A DNA stretch of 44,829 bases from a virus (lineage: Duplodnaviria; Caudoviricetes). Below, in pieces: positions 8,534 through 17,553 of the stretch; the stretch's first letter is position 1, and each line of letters begins with the position of its first letter. Location of the stretch: the IMG/VR virus record IMGVR_UViG_3300049983_000005, positions 1 to 44,829 of that record; one strand, 5' to 3'. The translations under genes were made by a program, and so were the position numbers. The notes under the pieces were generated by a model. That model saw only the letters and a program-made list of their open reading frames with translations, was not told the origin of the DNA and did not search any database.

Positions 8534-11319
8534 TATCTGATCCCTGCATTTTTCAACAGCGTCTTCCCGATCGAGGGATTGCCGCGGTTATCCTGTACCA
8601 CCTGTTTTCCGACAGCCCCGGGCTTCTGCCGCATACCCGCGACCAAGACGTCGCCCGGCTTCATTGAATCCAGCCGCCTCGTTAATTTATCGACCGCCGT
8701 CGCTACGATCTGCGCCTCGGAGCGATGCCCGGACATGTAAGCATCAGGCGTCGCCCGCGAATACGGCGCGGGGTCCTGTCTGCTCCGGCTGCCCGAAGAC
8801 GCTGACGAACCGCTCGAGCTGCTGCCCGCCGAGTCTTTCTTAAAGCTGTCACCTGCCACCGCTCGCCCCGTAACTGCCGCCATGCCGGCGATCCCAGCGT
8901 AGACACCCGCCGCGATGAAGTGCTGAGTTGCAGACGGGCCTGCCCCTGGATGGCCAAAGAACGCCAGCGCGAGCATTGCGAACCCTTCTGCCAGCTCGAA
9001 AACCGCCTTGACCGCCGATTGTTGCGCGATTGAGGCTAATATCTGCGCCGTTACTTGCTGCACGGATGCGCCTACAGAGCCGTAGAGAACGTACGCGCTC
9101 ACCGCCGCGCCCACGGCTTGCCCCAGACCGTCGAACGCCGTTGTGAGCGCTTCTACCCCAGCTATCGCCGCCGTATTCTGGTCTCCCACGAACATTTGAT
9201 GGAGTTCGTCGATTGCGGAGACTGAGGTTGAGCTTCCAACCGTCTGTGAAAGTTTCTTGTCCTGGGCGTCGCCTTGCGCCTTCGCCATCGCGGAAAAAGC
9301 ATCATTAAGATTGTCGGCAAGTTCCTTTGCATCTTTCGCGCCCTTTTCGATCCTTCTATTTATCTCCGCGAGAATTGAATTGCCTTCGGCGAGAACAGCG
9401 TTGGCGGTTTCGATTTCGTCGGCAAATCCTTTTGCCTTGATGTTCTTTTGCAGAATAGCGATTTCGTTTCGAACGCGCTTTTCTTCCTCGGCGTTACCCA
9501 AAACCTTGCCGAGTTCGATATCGAGCTGAGCCAACCGGATTTGAAGCGCGTCGTTTTCGAGTCGCTGACGTTGAGCGAGTCCACCCAAAACTGTCTGATT
9601 TTGAACCGCCACTTGATACTCGATTTGAGCAATCGCCGCGTCAGTGACCGCTTCATTGAAAGCTATGAGCTGGTCGCTGTCGGTTTTGGCGCGTTTGATT
9701 TCATCAGCGGACGCCTTCTTTGAAAAGTCATCGCGGAATTTGATTGCGTCCGTCCAATCCTTTTGAACTTTATCGTTCGTGTCGACCGCGCGTTTTTCTT
9801 GTTCGACGCGTTGAAGCTCCAGCTCTTTCGTGGTCTTCTTTCCGAGGTCTGAAACCTGCCGTTCCGCTTCCTCCAGCGTCGCGAATATTTCTGAGACTTC
9901 GGAGTTGTAGGTCGCGGTAGCTTCGGCGAGCATTTGGTTGAACCCCTCAACCGTGCCCCCTTTTTCGAGGATGTCGCGGGCTTTCTGCATCGCCTTGCTG
10001 TAGACATCAACCCAATCGTCAAGCTGGTTTTTCAGCAATCCCACCTGCGCCGCCGCGTCCCGTTTCGCAATTTCTTCCCGTTCCTTTTGCGCCTTCTCTG
10101 CCGCATTCTTTTGAGCTTCAATGGCCTCGAGATAATCCGGACCTTCGGAAGTTGGTTTCGGAGCGGGGTGCCAAGTATCGTCGCCCATCCGCAAATCGGC
10201 AATAGATTGAGGCTTCGCGCCCGCCTGTTCGAGCAACTTGACCCCGCCCGCGATAGCTTTGAATTGCCCAAAGACAAGCCACTCCATCGCCTCTTTGTAG
10301 GCCGCACCGCGCGCGCCCTGTCCAACCGCGTCGTAATAACCTTTTACGGATGTAGTCAGCTCGCCCCATACGCTCGCCGAGCCGCGTAGAATGTTCGCCG
10401 TGAAGCTTCCCCACGATGCTATCTCACCCTTGTTCTCAGACAGCCAGGTTGAAATGCTTCGCGAACCTTCAAGGAAGACGGGCATCAACTCTTGCCCGAA
10501 CGTCACGCCAGCCATTTTCAGTTGAGCCGTGAGCGTGTCCATCTGGTCGCCGAATTCATCAGCGGCGCGGGCGTCCTTATCGGTAAGAGTAATGCCGAGT
10601 TCTTTGCACTTGGCAATCAGTGCAGGAAGGTCGCCATTGAAGGATCTTATGAAGGGTAGAAGATCGGCGCCCGCCTTGCCAAAAGCATCTATCGCTGCTT
10701 TAGATTGAGTAACCCCGGGCGGTAGGTCGTTTATACGCTTAAAAACACCAGCCAATGCACCGTCAAGGTCTTTGACGGCTTTCTGAGGATCAACACCGAG
10801 CCGGGTCATTGCCGCCGCCGCCTCGCTGGTTGGGTCGAGCAATGCTGAGCCAACTGATTTAGAGAATTTCGTTACCCCGGCCGTCACTTGCTCCAAGGAG
10901 GAGCTCGACTGGTCCGCGGCGAGTTTGAAAGATGAAAGGGTTTCCGCGCCGAGCCCAGTCTTCTCGGATGCGTCGAATATCTCCGAGCCGTACTCGGATG
11001 CGGATTTTGCAAGACCGTAAAGCCCGGCGATCGCGCCGACTGTGACAGTCCCGAGTAAAGCGATCGCGCCGACAGCGAGGCCCGCGGGACCTGGTATTGA
11101 TCCTAGAGCGCTGCTTGCGGAAGTTATTTGAGAGGTAAACCCGTTTAATTGGTCGCCGGTGGCCACGCCGGACAGGCCCGAGAGAAGCCCGGAGATCCCC
11201 TTACCCGAACCGAGTTTGGTTATAGCCTTATCGGTTCTCTCTAGCTCGCGGTTGGCATTACGCATTCCGGACGCGTCGCCCTGAATCACGTATTTTAATT
11301 TGTATTCCTGGTCGGCCAT
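8533..11319 (-). CDS. Tail tape measure protein
   Basis: 928 aa, Ala/Gly-rich amphipathic helices and coiled coils; follows the tail chaperone genes. Confidence 0.92.
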   Translation of the reverse strand: MADQEYKLKYVIQGDASGMRNANRELERTDKAITKLGSGKGISGLLSGLSGVATGDQLNGFTSQITSASSALGSIPGPAGLAVGAIALLGTVTVGAIAGLYGLAKSASEYGSEIFDASEKTGLGAETLSSFKLAADQSSSSLEQVTAGVTKFSKSVGSALLDPTSEAAAAMTRLGVDPQKAVKDLDGALAGVFKRINDLPPGVTQSKAAIDAFGKAGADLLPFIRSFNGDLPALIAKCKELGITLTDKDARAADEFGDQMDTLTAQLKMAGVTFGQELMPVFLEGSRSISTWLSENKGEIASWGSFTANILRGSASVWGELTTSVKGYYDAVGQGARGAAYKEAMEWLVFGQFKAIAGGVKLLEQAGAKPQSIADLRMGDDTWHPAPKPTSEGPDYLEAIEAQKNAAEKAQKEREEIAKRDAAAQVGLLKNQLDDWVDVYSKAMQKARDILEKGGTVEGFNQMLAEATATYNSEVSEIFATLEEAERQVSDLGKKTTKELELQRVEQEKRAVDTNDKVQKDWTDAIKFRDDFSKKASADEIKRAKTDSDQLIAFNEAVTDAAIAQIEYQVAVQNQTVLGGLAQRQRLENDALQIRLAQLDIELGKVLGNAEEEKRVRNEIAILQKNIKAKGFADEIETANAVLAEGNSILAEINRRIEKGAKDAKELADNLNDAFSAMAKAQGDAQDKKLSQTVGSSTSVSAIDELHQMFVGDQNTAAIAGVEALTTAFDGLGQAVGAAVSAYVLYGSVGASVQQVTAQILASIAQQSAVKAVFELAEGFAMLALAFFGHPGAGPSATQHFIAAGVYAGIAGMAAVTGRAVAGDSFKKDSAGSSSSGSSASSGSRSRQDPAPYSRATPDAYMSGHRSEAQIVATAVDKLTRRLDSMKPGDVLVAGMRQKPGAVGKQVVQDNRGNPSIGKTLLKNAGIR

Positions 11320-11324
11320 AAAAT

Positions 11325-11352
11325 AAGAACCCGCTTTTACCGGCGGGTTCTT
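11325..11352 (-). promoter_or_regulatory. 10-bp hairpin just before the tape-measure ATG, containing the stop codon of the frameshift product
   Basis: Minus strand AAGAACCCGC-cggTAAaa-GCGGGTTCTT-ATTTT-ATG. Confidence 0.6.
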
Positions 11353-11582
11353 CGTTGCTTCATTTCTTCCACTTTTCTTGTCTCGGCATCTTTCTGCCAG
11401 TTTATTTGAAGGGCTTCATATTTAACATGCAAGCGATTTTTCCAAAACGGCTCTTCGTTCTCGATCGCACTGGGCAATTGCCCTAACGTTTCAGCCCAGT
11501 AAATCTCTCTCGCTCCCGGCAGTGGCGTCCCGCCCTCTTCACCTCTGAGCCACTTTGCTACGAGGCTGGGGTCGGTTTTGGG
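11337..11582 (-). CDS. Tail assembly chaperone -1 frameshift extension (gpT-like part of gpGT)
   Basis: Slippery C-CCA-AAA (11582-11576); -1 frame open TDPSLVAKWLRG...EIYWAETLGQLPSAIENEEPFW...RRTRR* to TAA at 11337; absent from the ORF track. Confidence 0.8.
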   Translation of the reverse strand, partial: PKTDPSLVAKWLRGEEGGTPLPGAREIYWAETLGQLPSAIENEEPFWKNRLHVKYEALQINWQKDAETRKVEEMKQRRTRR

Positions 11583-11947
11583 CTTACATCGTTATCGATC
11601 GCCGTGACGATCTGCTTAAGATTGTGGTCGGTTTCGTCTGCCAGATTCTCCCGGGTCATCTCGTAAAGAATTTTACCCCTGGACTTTTCCGTGTCCACAT
11701 TCCGCAGCTCTTTCAACTTGAACCGCGTCTGCAACATTTCAGAGTAAGGGATCACCGCGTTCTCGCCCTCGTCTTTGATACGAGTTTTGAGTAGTTCACG
11801 GTAAGCCGCTGAATCCGAATTTCTCGGCGAATAGTAGACGGCGATAATGTCTTTTCGGGCATTCTTTCGTTCGCTGCCCTCGCCGTCCATAAATTCATAG
11901 TCGGAAACGGTAATTTCGCGCGTTATGCGCTCGCGTTCATTGCTCAT
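11558..11947 (-). CDS. Tail assembly chaperone (gpG-like)
   Basis: Between the tail tube and tape measure genes; ends with a slippery site. Confidence 0.8.
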   Translation of the reverse strand: MSNERERITREITVSDYEFMDGEGSERKNARKDIIAVYYSPRNSDSAAYRELLKTRIKDEGENAVIPYSEMLQTRFKLKELRNVDTEKSRGKILYEMTRENLADETDHNLKQIVTAIDNDVSPKPTPAS

Positions 11948-11948
11948 A

Positions 11949-12731
11949 TTATTCGTTCACTTCCTTGTAGAGGAAATATTGGCCGTTGGCGTTCGCCGGG
12001 TCGACCGTCGTATCCTTCAGGATCGAAAAGCCGAGCTCGTATTTATTGACCTCGTTGCCGCTGTTGATCAGCTGCAGGTCCTTCGCCGGATCAAACTGCA
12101 CTTTGTAGAGGTCCACGGAACAGCGCTTATCGTTGTCTGCGAGGTTAATGCCGGAGTAGAGCAATCGGCGTTCGTAGATGCGCTGCGTAAGCCCACCTAC
12201 TGAGACGCCTGCGCCCTCGCTGCCGGCGGCAATAATGGGTTGTACGACGGTCGGGCCGGTTAAGGCGAGAATCGTGATCACGCCGGCGTGAAGGTCCGCG
12301 CTGTAGTGCGTACCCAGGGTGAGCGTCACAGGGGACCCGGTCGAGTCGATAAGAACAAGCGACGTTATGTTCCGTCTATTGCCAGGGATCGGATACCGGC
12401 CGCCCACGACGAGGCCGGTCGGGAAGGATATGGCGGTAAAAGCTCCGCCGGCAACCGTGCCGGGCGTTCCCCAGAACCCGAGGGCGAGCATGGTCGTGTT
12501 ATGCACGTTAAAGATGAGCGTGCCGGTCCCGGCGATCTTCCGCGCAAAACGCAGATCTACCGATGCGATCGATTCCCGCTTTGACTCGTGCTCCACCATG
12601 TCGGCCGCGAAGTTAAGCGAAAGACTTTCCACTTCCGTGAAGTCGAGGTCGTAATTGCTGACCAGGCCCGCCGACGTGCGGACGCCCCCGTAAGCTCGGC
12701 CGTGGCCGTAAAAATAATTGGTATCTGACAT
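11949..12731 (-). CDS. Major tail tube protein
   Basis: YFYGHGRAY N-terminus, G.NLAD...VDLYKVQFDPAKDLQLI motif; position. Confidence 0.85.
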   Translation of the reverse strand: MSDTNYFYGHGRAYGGVRTSAGLVSNYDLDFTEVESLSLNFAADMVEHESKRESIASVDLRFARKIAGTGTLIFNVHNTTMLALGFWGTPGTVAGGAFTAISFPTGLVVGGRYPIPGNRRNITSLVLIDSTGSPVTLTLGTHYSADLHAGVITILALTGPTVVQPIIAAGSEGAGVSVGGLTQRIYERRLLYSGINLADNDKRCSVDLYKVQFDPAKDLQLINSGNEVNKYELGFSILKDTTVDPANANGQYFLYKEVNE

Positions 12732-12737
12732 AGTTTT

Positions 12738-12923
12738 TTATTCCTCGACTTTCTCGGGTTTTTGCTCGGCCGGCACGTTTTTAAGGATCCTGCCGAAAAA
12801 CTTGGCGTAATCCTTGCCGTCCGGGGTCTTCTCAAGCATTTCAACGATCGTGCCCGCCTCTTTTTCTGCGCCGTCCACATGGCAGCGGGCCGCTAATTCG
12901 ACGTAAACCTTTTTTTCACTCAT
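12738..12923 (-). CDS. Small virion-assembly hypothetical protein
   Basis: 61-aa ORF overlapping the upstream stop. Confidence 0.6.
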   Translation of the reverse strand: MSEKKVYVELAARCHVDGAEKEAGTIVEMLEKTPDGKDYAKFFGRILKNVPAEQKPEKVEE

Positions 12924-13416
12924 AAGAATTGAACCTCTCCGTTTTGTACGTAACCTCGAGCTCCACCTGGCCGGCTACTATTTCAAAACTGTTTTCCGCG
13001 TATTCGATCCCATGGCCGACCTCCGCGGTATTCATCGCCAGCCCGGGCGCTGTTCCGGCCACTACGGGCCACCGCTCGTCCAGCCAGTCGTTATTGGCGG
13101 AGCCGTTTTTGCGGATCGCTTTCTTAACGTCGGCGATCGCTGTCCGCATGTTCGCCGGCGTTACCGCCTTTGCAAGAAAGATCTTGATCAGGACCGGCAT
13201 TACGTGGACCGTTTTGCGCCGGCTGTCCGAGCTTTCAACGCTCGAGGTCCTTCCCTCGAAGACGCTTATCGCATTGCCCTCGCTCGCCTGCCAGTTGCTT
13301 TCGGAGTCAGCAACCCGCGCGGGCAGGAATTCGGTTACATACCCGTTCGCGACCTGGATCGTTTTGAGCCTGGTAACGATCGCGGTAATTATTAAATGGG
13401 CTTTCGGCGTCGGCAT
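12916..13416 (-). CDS. Tail terminator (gpU-like)
   Basis: IITAIVTRLKTI..ANGY N-terminus, C-terminal ELEVTY strand; position before the tail tube gene. Confidence 0.7.
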   Translation of the reverse strand: MPTPKAHLIITAIVTRLKTIQVANGYVTEFLPARVADSESNWQASEGNAISVFEGRTSSVESSDSRRKTVHVMPVLIKIFLAKAVTPANMRTAIADVKKAIRKNGSANNDWLDERWPVVAGTAPGLAMNTAEVGHGIEYAENSFEIVAGQVELEVTYKTERFNSYE

Positions 13417-13736
13417 TATGTTTTCAAATAAAGAACGGTCACGCCCGTTCCGACCTTCTGGATCCTTTCAACCGTGAACGTCCGGTTGTTTATCAAAACT
13501 GACATCTTCTGTTTTACCGCTGCGACCTCGGACGTGATGCAGGTGATGCTGGGCTGGACCCCTTCGATCTCTGCCCCGAAGATAACGCTTGCGTCCGAGC
13601 CCTCCCGGAACTCCCCCAAAACCGTGAGCGTCACATCCGGCGTTGGCGGGGTATTGTCGACGATCGTGAAGACGGCGGACGTCGCAAAATTCGCGGTGTC
13701 AAAAATTTCCTCCAGGTCCTCATCCAAATCGATCAT
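13416..13736 (-). CDS. Head-tail joining / head closure protein (gpFII-like)
   Basis: DL..IFD...FA N-terminus and I.NRTFTV..I...GTGVTVLYL C-terminus. Confidence 0.75.
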   Translation of the reverse strand: MIDLDEDLEEIFDTANFATSAVFTIVDNTPPTPDVTLTVLGEFREGSDASVIFGAEIEGVQPSITCITSEVAAVKQKMSVLINNRTFTVERIQKVGTGVTVLYLKT

Positions 13737-13894
13737 TTCAAAAACTCAAAACTCAAAATTCCTTTTCTCTCGCTTCCCCGGTCGTTGCGGTTACGCTCCC
13801 TAAAATGCTCCATAAACCTCGCATCCAGCCTTTGTGCAATTTTCCGCCAGATATCTTCGTTGTTCTGGGTTCCGACTACCGTAACAATTGGCAT
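13733..13894 (-). CDS. Small hypothetical protein (53 aa, below the ORF-track cutoff)
   Basis: AAGGA SD, ATG 13894, MPIVTVVGTQNNEDIWRKIAQRL..., TGA overlapping the next ATG (ATGA). Confidence 0.55.
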   Translation of the reverse strand: MPIVTVVGTQNNEDIWRKIAQRLDARFMEHFRERNRNDRGSERKGILSFEFLK

Positions 13895-13914
13895 AATTTG
13901 TCCTTTAACTTTGA

Positions 13915-14796
13915 TTAGGCGTCTCGGTCATAGTAAATAATATCTATCTTAGCGGTGGTGCCAGGTAAGGATGCCCCGCCATAGGTAGCCGTCAATTCAT
14001 CCCCTGCGACACCTTGCCAAATAGATGTTTGGGCGGCACTTAAAGCGCCGGATAGGTGTACCGCAACGTGCTGAAAAGCCTCGCCTATATTTGCAATCGA
14101 GTTTGCATTTGAAATGCTGCCAATTAAATGAGCGCCAAGAGTTACCATTACATCTGAGTCCACGCCCGCAAGGTCAGAGCCGTCACCTCGCAATGCTAAG
14201 AATGTAAATACTCGCACCTTACCCGCAGGAACCGCCAGAACTAAAACTTGCGGGTCTCCGACGTTAAAATCAAAAGTCGCCGTCACTATACTTGGAGCAC
14301 TCAGAACCGCTTGCCACGAAACCAATAGTTCGGGGTGTGTCGGGTCAACCAGTTTAAACGTCTCCCTTGTGTCAACTTGGTAGACCTCCGCATTTTGGCT
14401 CAGACCCGTTAAAGCTAATCGGGCTGTTTGGTCTGCTACTGAGTTCGGAGGGCCGCCGCGCAACCCCGCAAGCGCGTTCGTAACCGTTGTCGCAAAAGCC
14501 GCATCGTCACCCAAAGCCGCCGCGAGTTCATTCAGGGTGTTCAAAGCACCGGGAGCGCCATCGAGCAAAGCCGTGACCGCCGCGTTGACCGCCGCGTTGA
14601 CCGCTGCTGTAATGTCCGCCGCTGCTGCCGCGCCGCTTGGATTCAAATAACCCAGATCGTTCCACGCGCCGGGGCCCGCCTTTATTTTTCCCGTATCCTT
14701 CTCGTAGCCCCAGACGAATTGCGGCAATGTCGGATTTTGCGCCGTCCAGTCGGCGGCGGTCATTCCGGGGTTAAGAAGTGATACGGGAAAGGGCAT
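13915..14796 (-). CDS. Putative head fibre with Mtd-like N-terminal domain
   Basis: TAADWTAQNPTL..WGYEKDTGKIKAG..AWNDLGY (Mtd/hyaluronidase-type N-terminus) plus LLDGAPGALNTLNELAAALGDDAAFATT fibre motif. Confidence 0.7.
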   Translation of the reverse strand: MPFPVSLLNPGMTAADWTAQNPTLPQFVWGYEKDTGKIKAGPGAWNDLGYLNPSGAAAAADITAAVNAAVNAAVTALLDGAPGALNTLNELAAALGDDAAFATTVTNALAGLRGGPPNSVADQTARLALTGLSQNAEVYQVDTRETFKLVDPTHPELLVSWQAVLSAPSIVTATFDFNVGDPQVLVLAVPAGKVRVFTFLALRGDGSDLAGVDSDVMVTLGAHLIGSISNANSIANIGEAFQHVAVHLSGALSAAQTSIWQGVAGDELTATYGGASLPGTTAKIDIIYYDRDA

Positions 14797-14988
14797 TTAT
14801 TTCTTTTTCTTCTCAGCTTTTACGGCTTTCTCGGCTTCCTCTTTGACTTCCACGGCGATGCCGGCGGCGATCCATTTATCGGCCCAAAACACGGGAATTG
14901 GAACGACAGAGCCTGCCTGCAGGATCGCCCCGCTGGATGGGTCACCCTGCCGCTCCAAGATCCGGATCTTCTTCGTTAAGACTGCCAT
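14797..14988 (-). CDS. Small head-associated protein
   Basis: 63 aa, A..WI..GIA.EV motif common after capsid genes. Confidence 0.6.
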   Translation of the reverse strand: MAVLTKKIRILERQGDPSSGAILQAGSVVPIPVFWADKWIAAGIAVEVKEEAEKAVKAEKKKK

Positions 14989-15428
14989 TAGATTATGGCC
15001 TCCTGGGCGAACCCGCGGCCGGCGGCATTATGCGGATGCTCCGCGGCGCCGTAAAGATCGGCCCATGCGATCGCGAACGTTCCGGCCGAGCCGTCGCCGG
15101 CGGTAAGCGAAACGTCGAAGTACCGCTTGCGCCCGCGCAGCTCGATGTGGATAGCGTAAAGCAGCCCGTCATCACCGGCTCCGGGAAGGGTTAAAGGCGA
15201 AACGCTGAAATCAGCCCCGGAAACGTCGACCGCTCCGGACATTCCGGAGTCTTCGGACTCGGTCAGCTTAAAGGCCGCGAGAGCGATGTCCGTCGCGCCC
15301 AGCCCTACCACGATCCGGCATTTCGAAAAGCCTTTCGTGTCGAGCGTCGCGGTGGTGTACGCGGCGTTGTCCTTGATTGCGACCGGCTGCGCGATCCAAA
15401 CAGTTTTTACATTTTGAAGGTCGTTCAT
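14988..15428 (-). CDS. Capsid decoration/cement protein
   Basis: Directly after the capsid gene; LDTKGF and RKRYF motifs; GAGGA SD. Confidence 0.7.
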   Translation of the reverse strand: MNDLQNVKTVWIAQPVAIKDNAAYTTATLDTKGFSKCRIVVGLGATDIALAAFKLTESEDSGMSGAVDVSGADFSVSPLTLPGAGDDGLLYAIHIELRGRKRYFDVSLTAGDGSAGTFAIAWADLYGAAEHPHNAAGRGFAQEAII

Positions 15429-15448
15429 GTTTTTTTCCTCAGATATTC

Positions 15449-15477
15449 AAAAAGTGGGCGATTCGCCAGAACCGCCC
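15449..15477 (-). terminator. Intrinsic terminator after the capsid gene
   Basis: Minus strand GGGCGGTTC-tggc-GAATCGCCC followed by ACTTTTT. Confidence 0.65.
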
Positions 15478-15501
15478 GTCTTCGGGGGGAAGGGAAACTG
15501 T

Positions 15502-17463
15502 TTAGCTTCCGGCCATTTGCAGCGCCACAAGCGGACCGGCGGCGGTCGTGCTGCCAACATCGTGCGCATTCAGGTCGAACCGTTCCGTCGCCTTCATCGT
15601 GGTAAGGTCCTTCTCGAAGTCCTTATCGTTCTCGTCGGCCATCTTGATCGTGACGCCGCGGCGATCGCCGAAGGTGACCGCTTGCGACATATTGCCGAAG
15701 AGCAGCGAGATCTGGCTGTTTACATCGGTTACCGGCATGACCTCCACGTTCTCGAAGGGATAGCCCATGAAGGTCGGGACCATCTGGCCGCTCATCTCGG
15801 TATATGTCACGCCGCCCTTGGCAAATGCCAGGCGGGCGAGGACGTTAGCCCAAACGACGTTGGATCCGTACCATTTGTTTCGGCCGGCGCGGCGGGCGAA
15901 CTGCGGAAGCAGTCCGATCATCGATAGGAGGTTCGCTTCGGTGATCTCGGCGAACGTGTTGCCGGCGGCGGTGACGATGCTCGCGGTCGCGGCGGTAATC
16001 TTCGGGATGATACCGATAATGCCGTGATCCGTGCCCGCGCCCGTGCCGAGGAAACCGACGCGATCTTCCGCATAGGTAAAGGCATAGGCCGCCTCGTCGG
16101 CGAATTTGTCCGCGAAGCTGATGACCGAATCCTCTTCGAGCTCGTCCTCGATCTTGGTCAGGACCATCCATTTGCGGGCGACGAGCTCGACCTGGTCATA
16201 GGTCATATCCGAATATGTTCCGGATTGGCCCGGTCCGACAGGGTAGGCGGTCAACCCGCTAACGCGGCGCGGCACCCATTTGGTGTCCGAGTTCATCTGG
16301 ACCACGTTCGCGTTGCGGCGGATCACGCCGTATTCGATCCGCAGGTCGATAATTGCGCTCTCGATCTCGGGAATAACGAAAACGCCGCCTTTGGAGTTGT
16401 CGCGCCCGCTCATTACCCGGGTGTACTGGATGCCGTGGGTATCGCAGTACTGCATCGCGCGCTCGTGGCCGGCGAATTGAGCGAGCAGGAACATTCCTGC
16501 CCGCAGCGCATTTTTATGAGCATCCGGACCGCGGAAAGATTTCAGGTTGCCGCGGACCTGCGAGGAGACCAGGGTTTCGATAGGCGCGGCGCTTCTCGCC
16601 GCGGCACTTGCAGGATCCGGTACCGGTACCGGGACGGGCGCGGGGAGTGATGCCTTGAGTGCGGTCCTAAAAGCCGCAACCGACACCTCCGCGTCTGAAC
16701 GCTGTAAATATTGGGTTGCGAAGTCGGCCGCGTTGAGCGTCTCGCCCCATTGCCGAATTTCGCTTGCAATCGCCAGCTCGGGCGACGTGCGCGTTTCTAC
16801 GGGTGCTGCCGGGTCAACTGCCGGAGCGGCCGGCGCCGGAACTGGATTTTCGGGCATAGTATTATTTTCCTCACTTGTAGAATTGCGCTGTGTCGCGCGT
16901 TTTAAAATCTGTGTCGGGTCCAGAGCGCGATTAGTTCCCGCGCCGATATCTGCAGGGATAGGCTCCCAAGACGTCTCAAAGGGCTCGTAATCTTTACAGC
17001 GGAAAACCGGGGTTCCGTCGATATACATTTGCTCGTCGGTTCGTTTGTCGATCTCCGGCTCGAGATCGTACATCGAGAACCCGATCGACGTAGTGACCAG
17101 GACCTCGTCCTTGACGTCCTGAAGCTTTTCTTCGCCCAAAGGGCTGCGTGAAAATTTACAATCAGCGCGGAGCTTGCCTTTTTCGATGCGGAAGTTTTGC
17201 CAGCGGCCGACGTGGTCGCCGCCGTTGTGACGCCACAGCGCGGCGCCGCTTGCCTTCATTCGATCCATTCGAATGGACGACTGCGCCATGTCCAGGATCA
17301 CGAAAGCGCCGAACCACTGGTAGATCGGGGTGTCAGTCGCGAGAACGACGTCCAAAACAACGCGCTCATTTTCGGGATCTATCTGAACGCGCTCGAGCGT
17401 GGTAAAGACCCGGCCCAGGGGTTGGCCGTATATGTCTCTTGTATTTAAGGTGAATTCGGGCAT
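15502..17463 (-). CDS. Prohead protease-scaffold-major capsid fusion (HK97 fold)
   Basis: N-terminal LWRHN, SIGF and PFETSWEPIPAD protease motifs; C-terminal GGVFVIPE, LFGNMS and ATERFD capsid motifs. Confidence 0.9.
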   Translation of the reverse strand: MPEFTLNTRDIYGQPLGRVFTTLERVQIDPENERVVLDVVLATDTPIYQWFGAFVILDMAQSSIRMDRMKASGAALWRHNGGDHVGRWQNFRIEKGKLRADCKFSRSPLGEEKLQDVKDEVLVTTSIGFSMYDLEPEIDKRTDEQMYIDGTPVFRCKDYEPFETSWEPIPADIGAGTNRALDPTQILKRATQRNSTSEENNTMPENPVPAPAAPAVDPAAPVETRTSPELAIASEIRQWGETLNAADFATQYLQRSDAEVSVAAFRTALKASLPAPVPVPVPDPASAAARSAAPIETLVSSQVRGNLKSFRGPDAHKNALRAGMFLLAQFAGHERAMQYCDTHGIQYTRVMSGRDNSKGGVFVIPEIESAIIDLRIEYGVIRRNANVVQMNSDTKWVPRRVSGLTAYPVGPGQSGTYSDMTYDQVELVARKWMVLTKIEDELEEDSVISFADKFADEAAYAFTYAEDRVGFLGTGAGTDHGIIGIIPKITAATASIVTAAGNTFAEITEANLLSMIGLLPQFARRAGRNKWYGSNVVWANVLARLAFAKGGVTYTEMSGQMVPTFMGYPFENVEVMPVTDVNSQISLLFGNMSQAVTFGDRRGVTIKMADENDKDFEKDLTTMKATERFDLNAHDVGSTTAAGPLVALQMAGS

Positions 17464-17505
17464 TAAAAACCGACACGAAATAGATTTCTTGCGTGTCGGC
17501 TATGA

Positions 17506-17553
17506 AGTTTAGTAAAAAAGATGGGCAATTATTTTCTAGGGGTAATTAATTAA
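17506..17553 (-). promoter_or_regulatory. Putative activator-dependent late promoter, copy 1
   Basis: TTAATTAATTACCCC, N27, TAAACT; same architecture at 22905-22952. Confidence 0.6.

Noticed and set aside
13915-14796. Diversity-generating retroelement suggested by the Mtd-like N-terminus
   Set aside because: No reverse transcriptase, Avd or TR/VR repeat pair seen in the window
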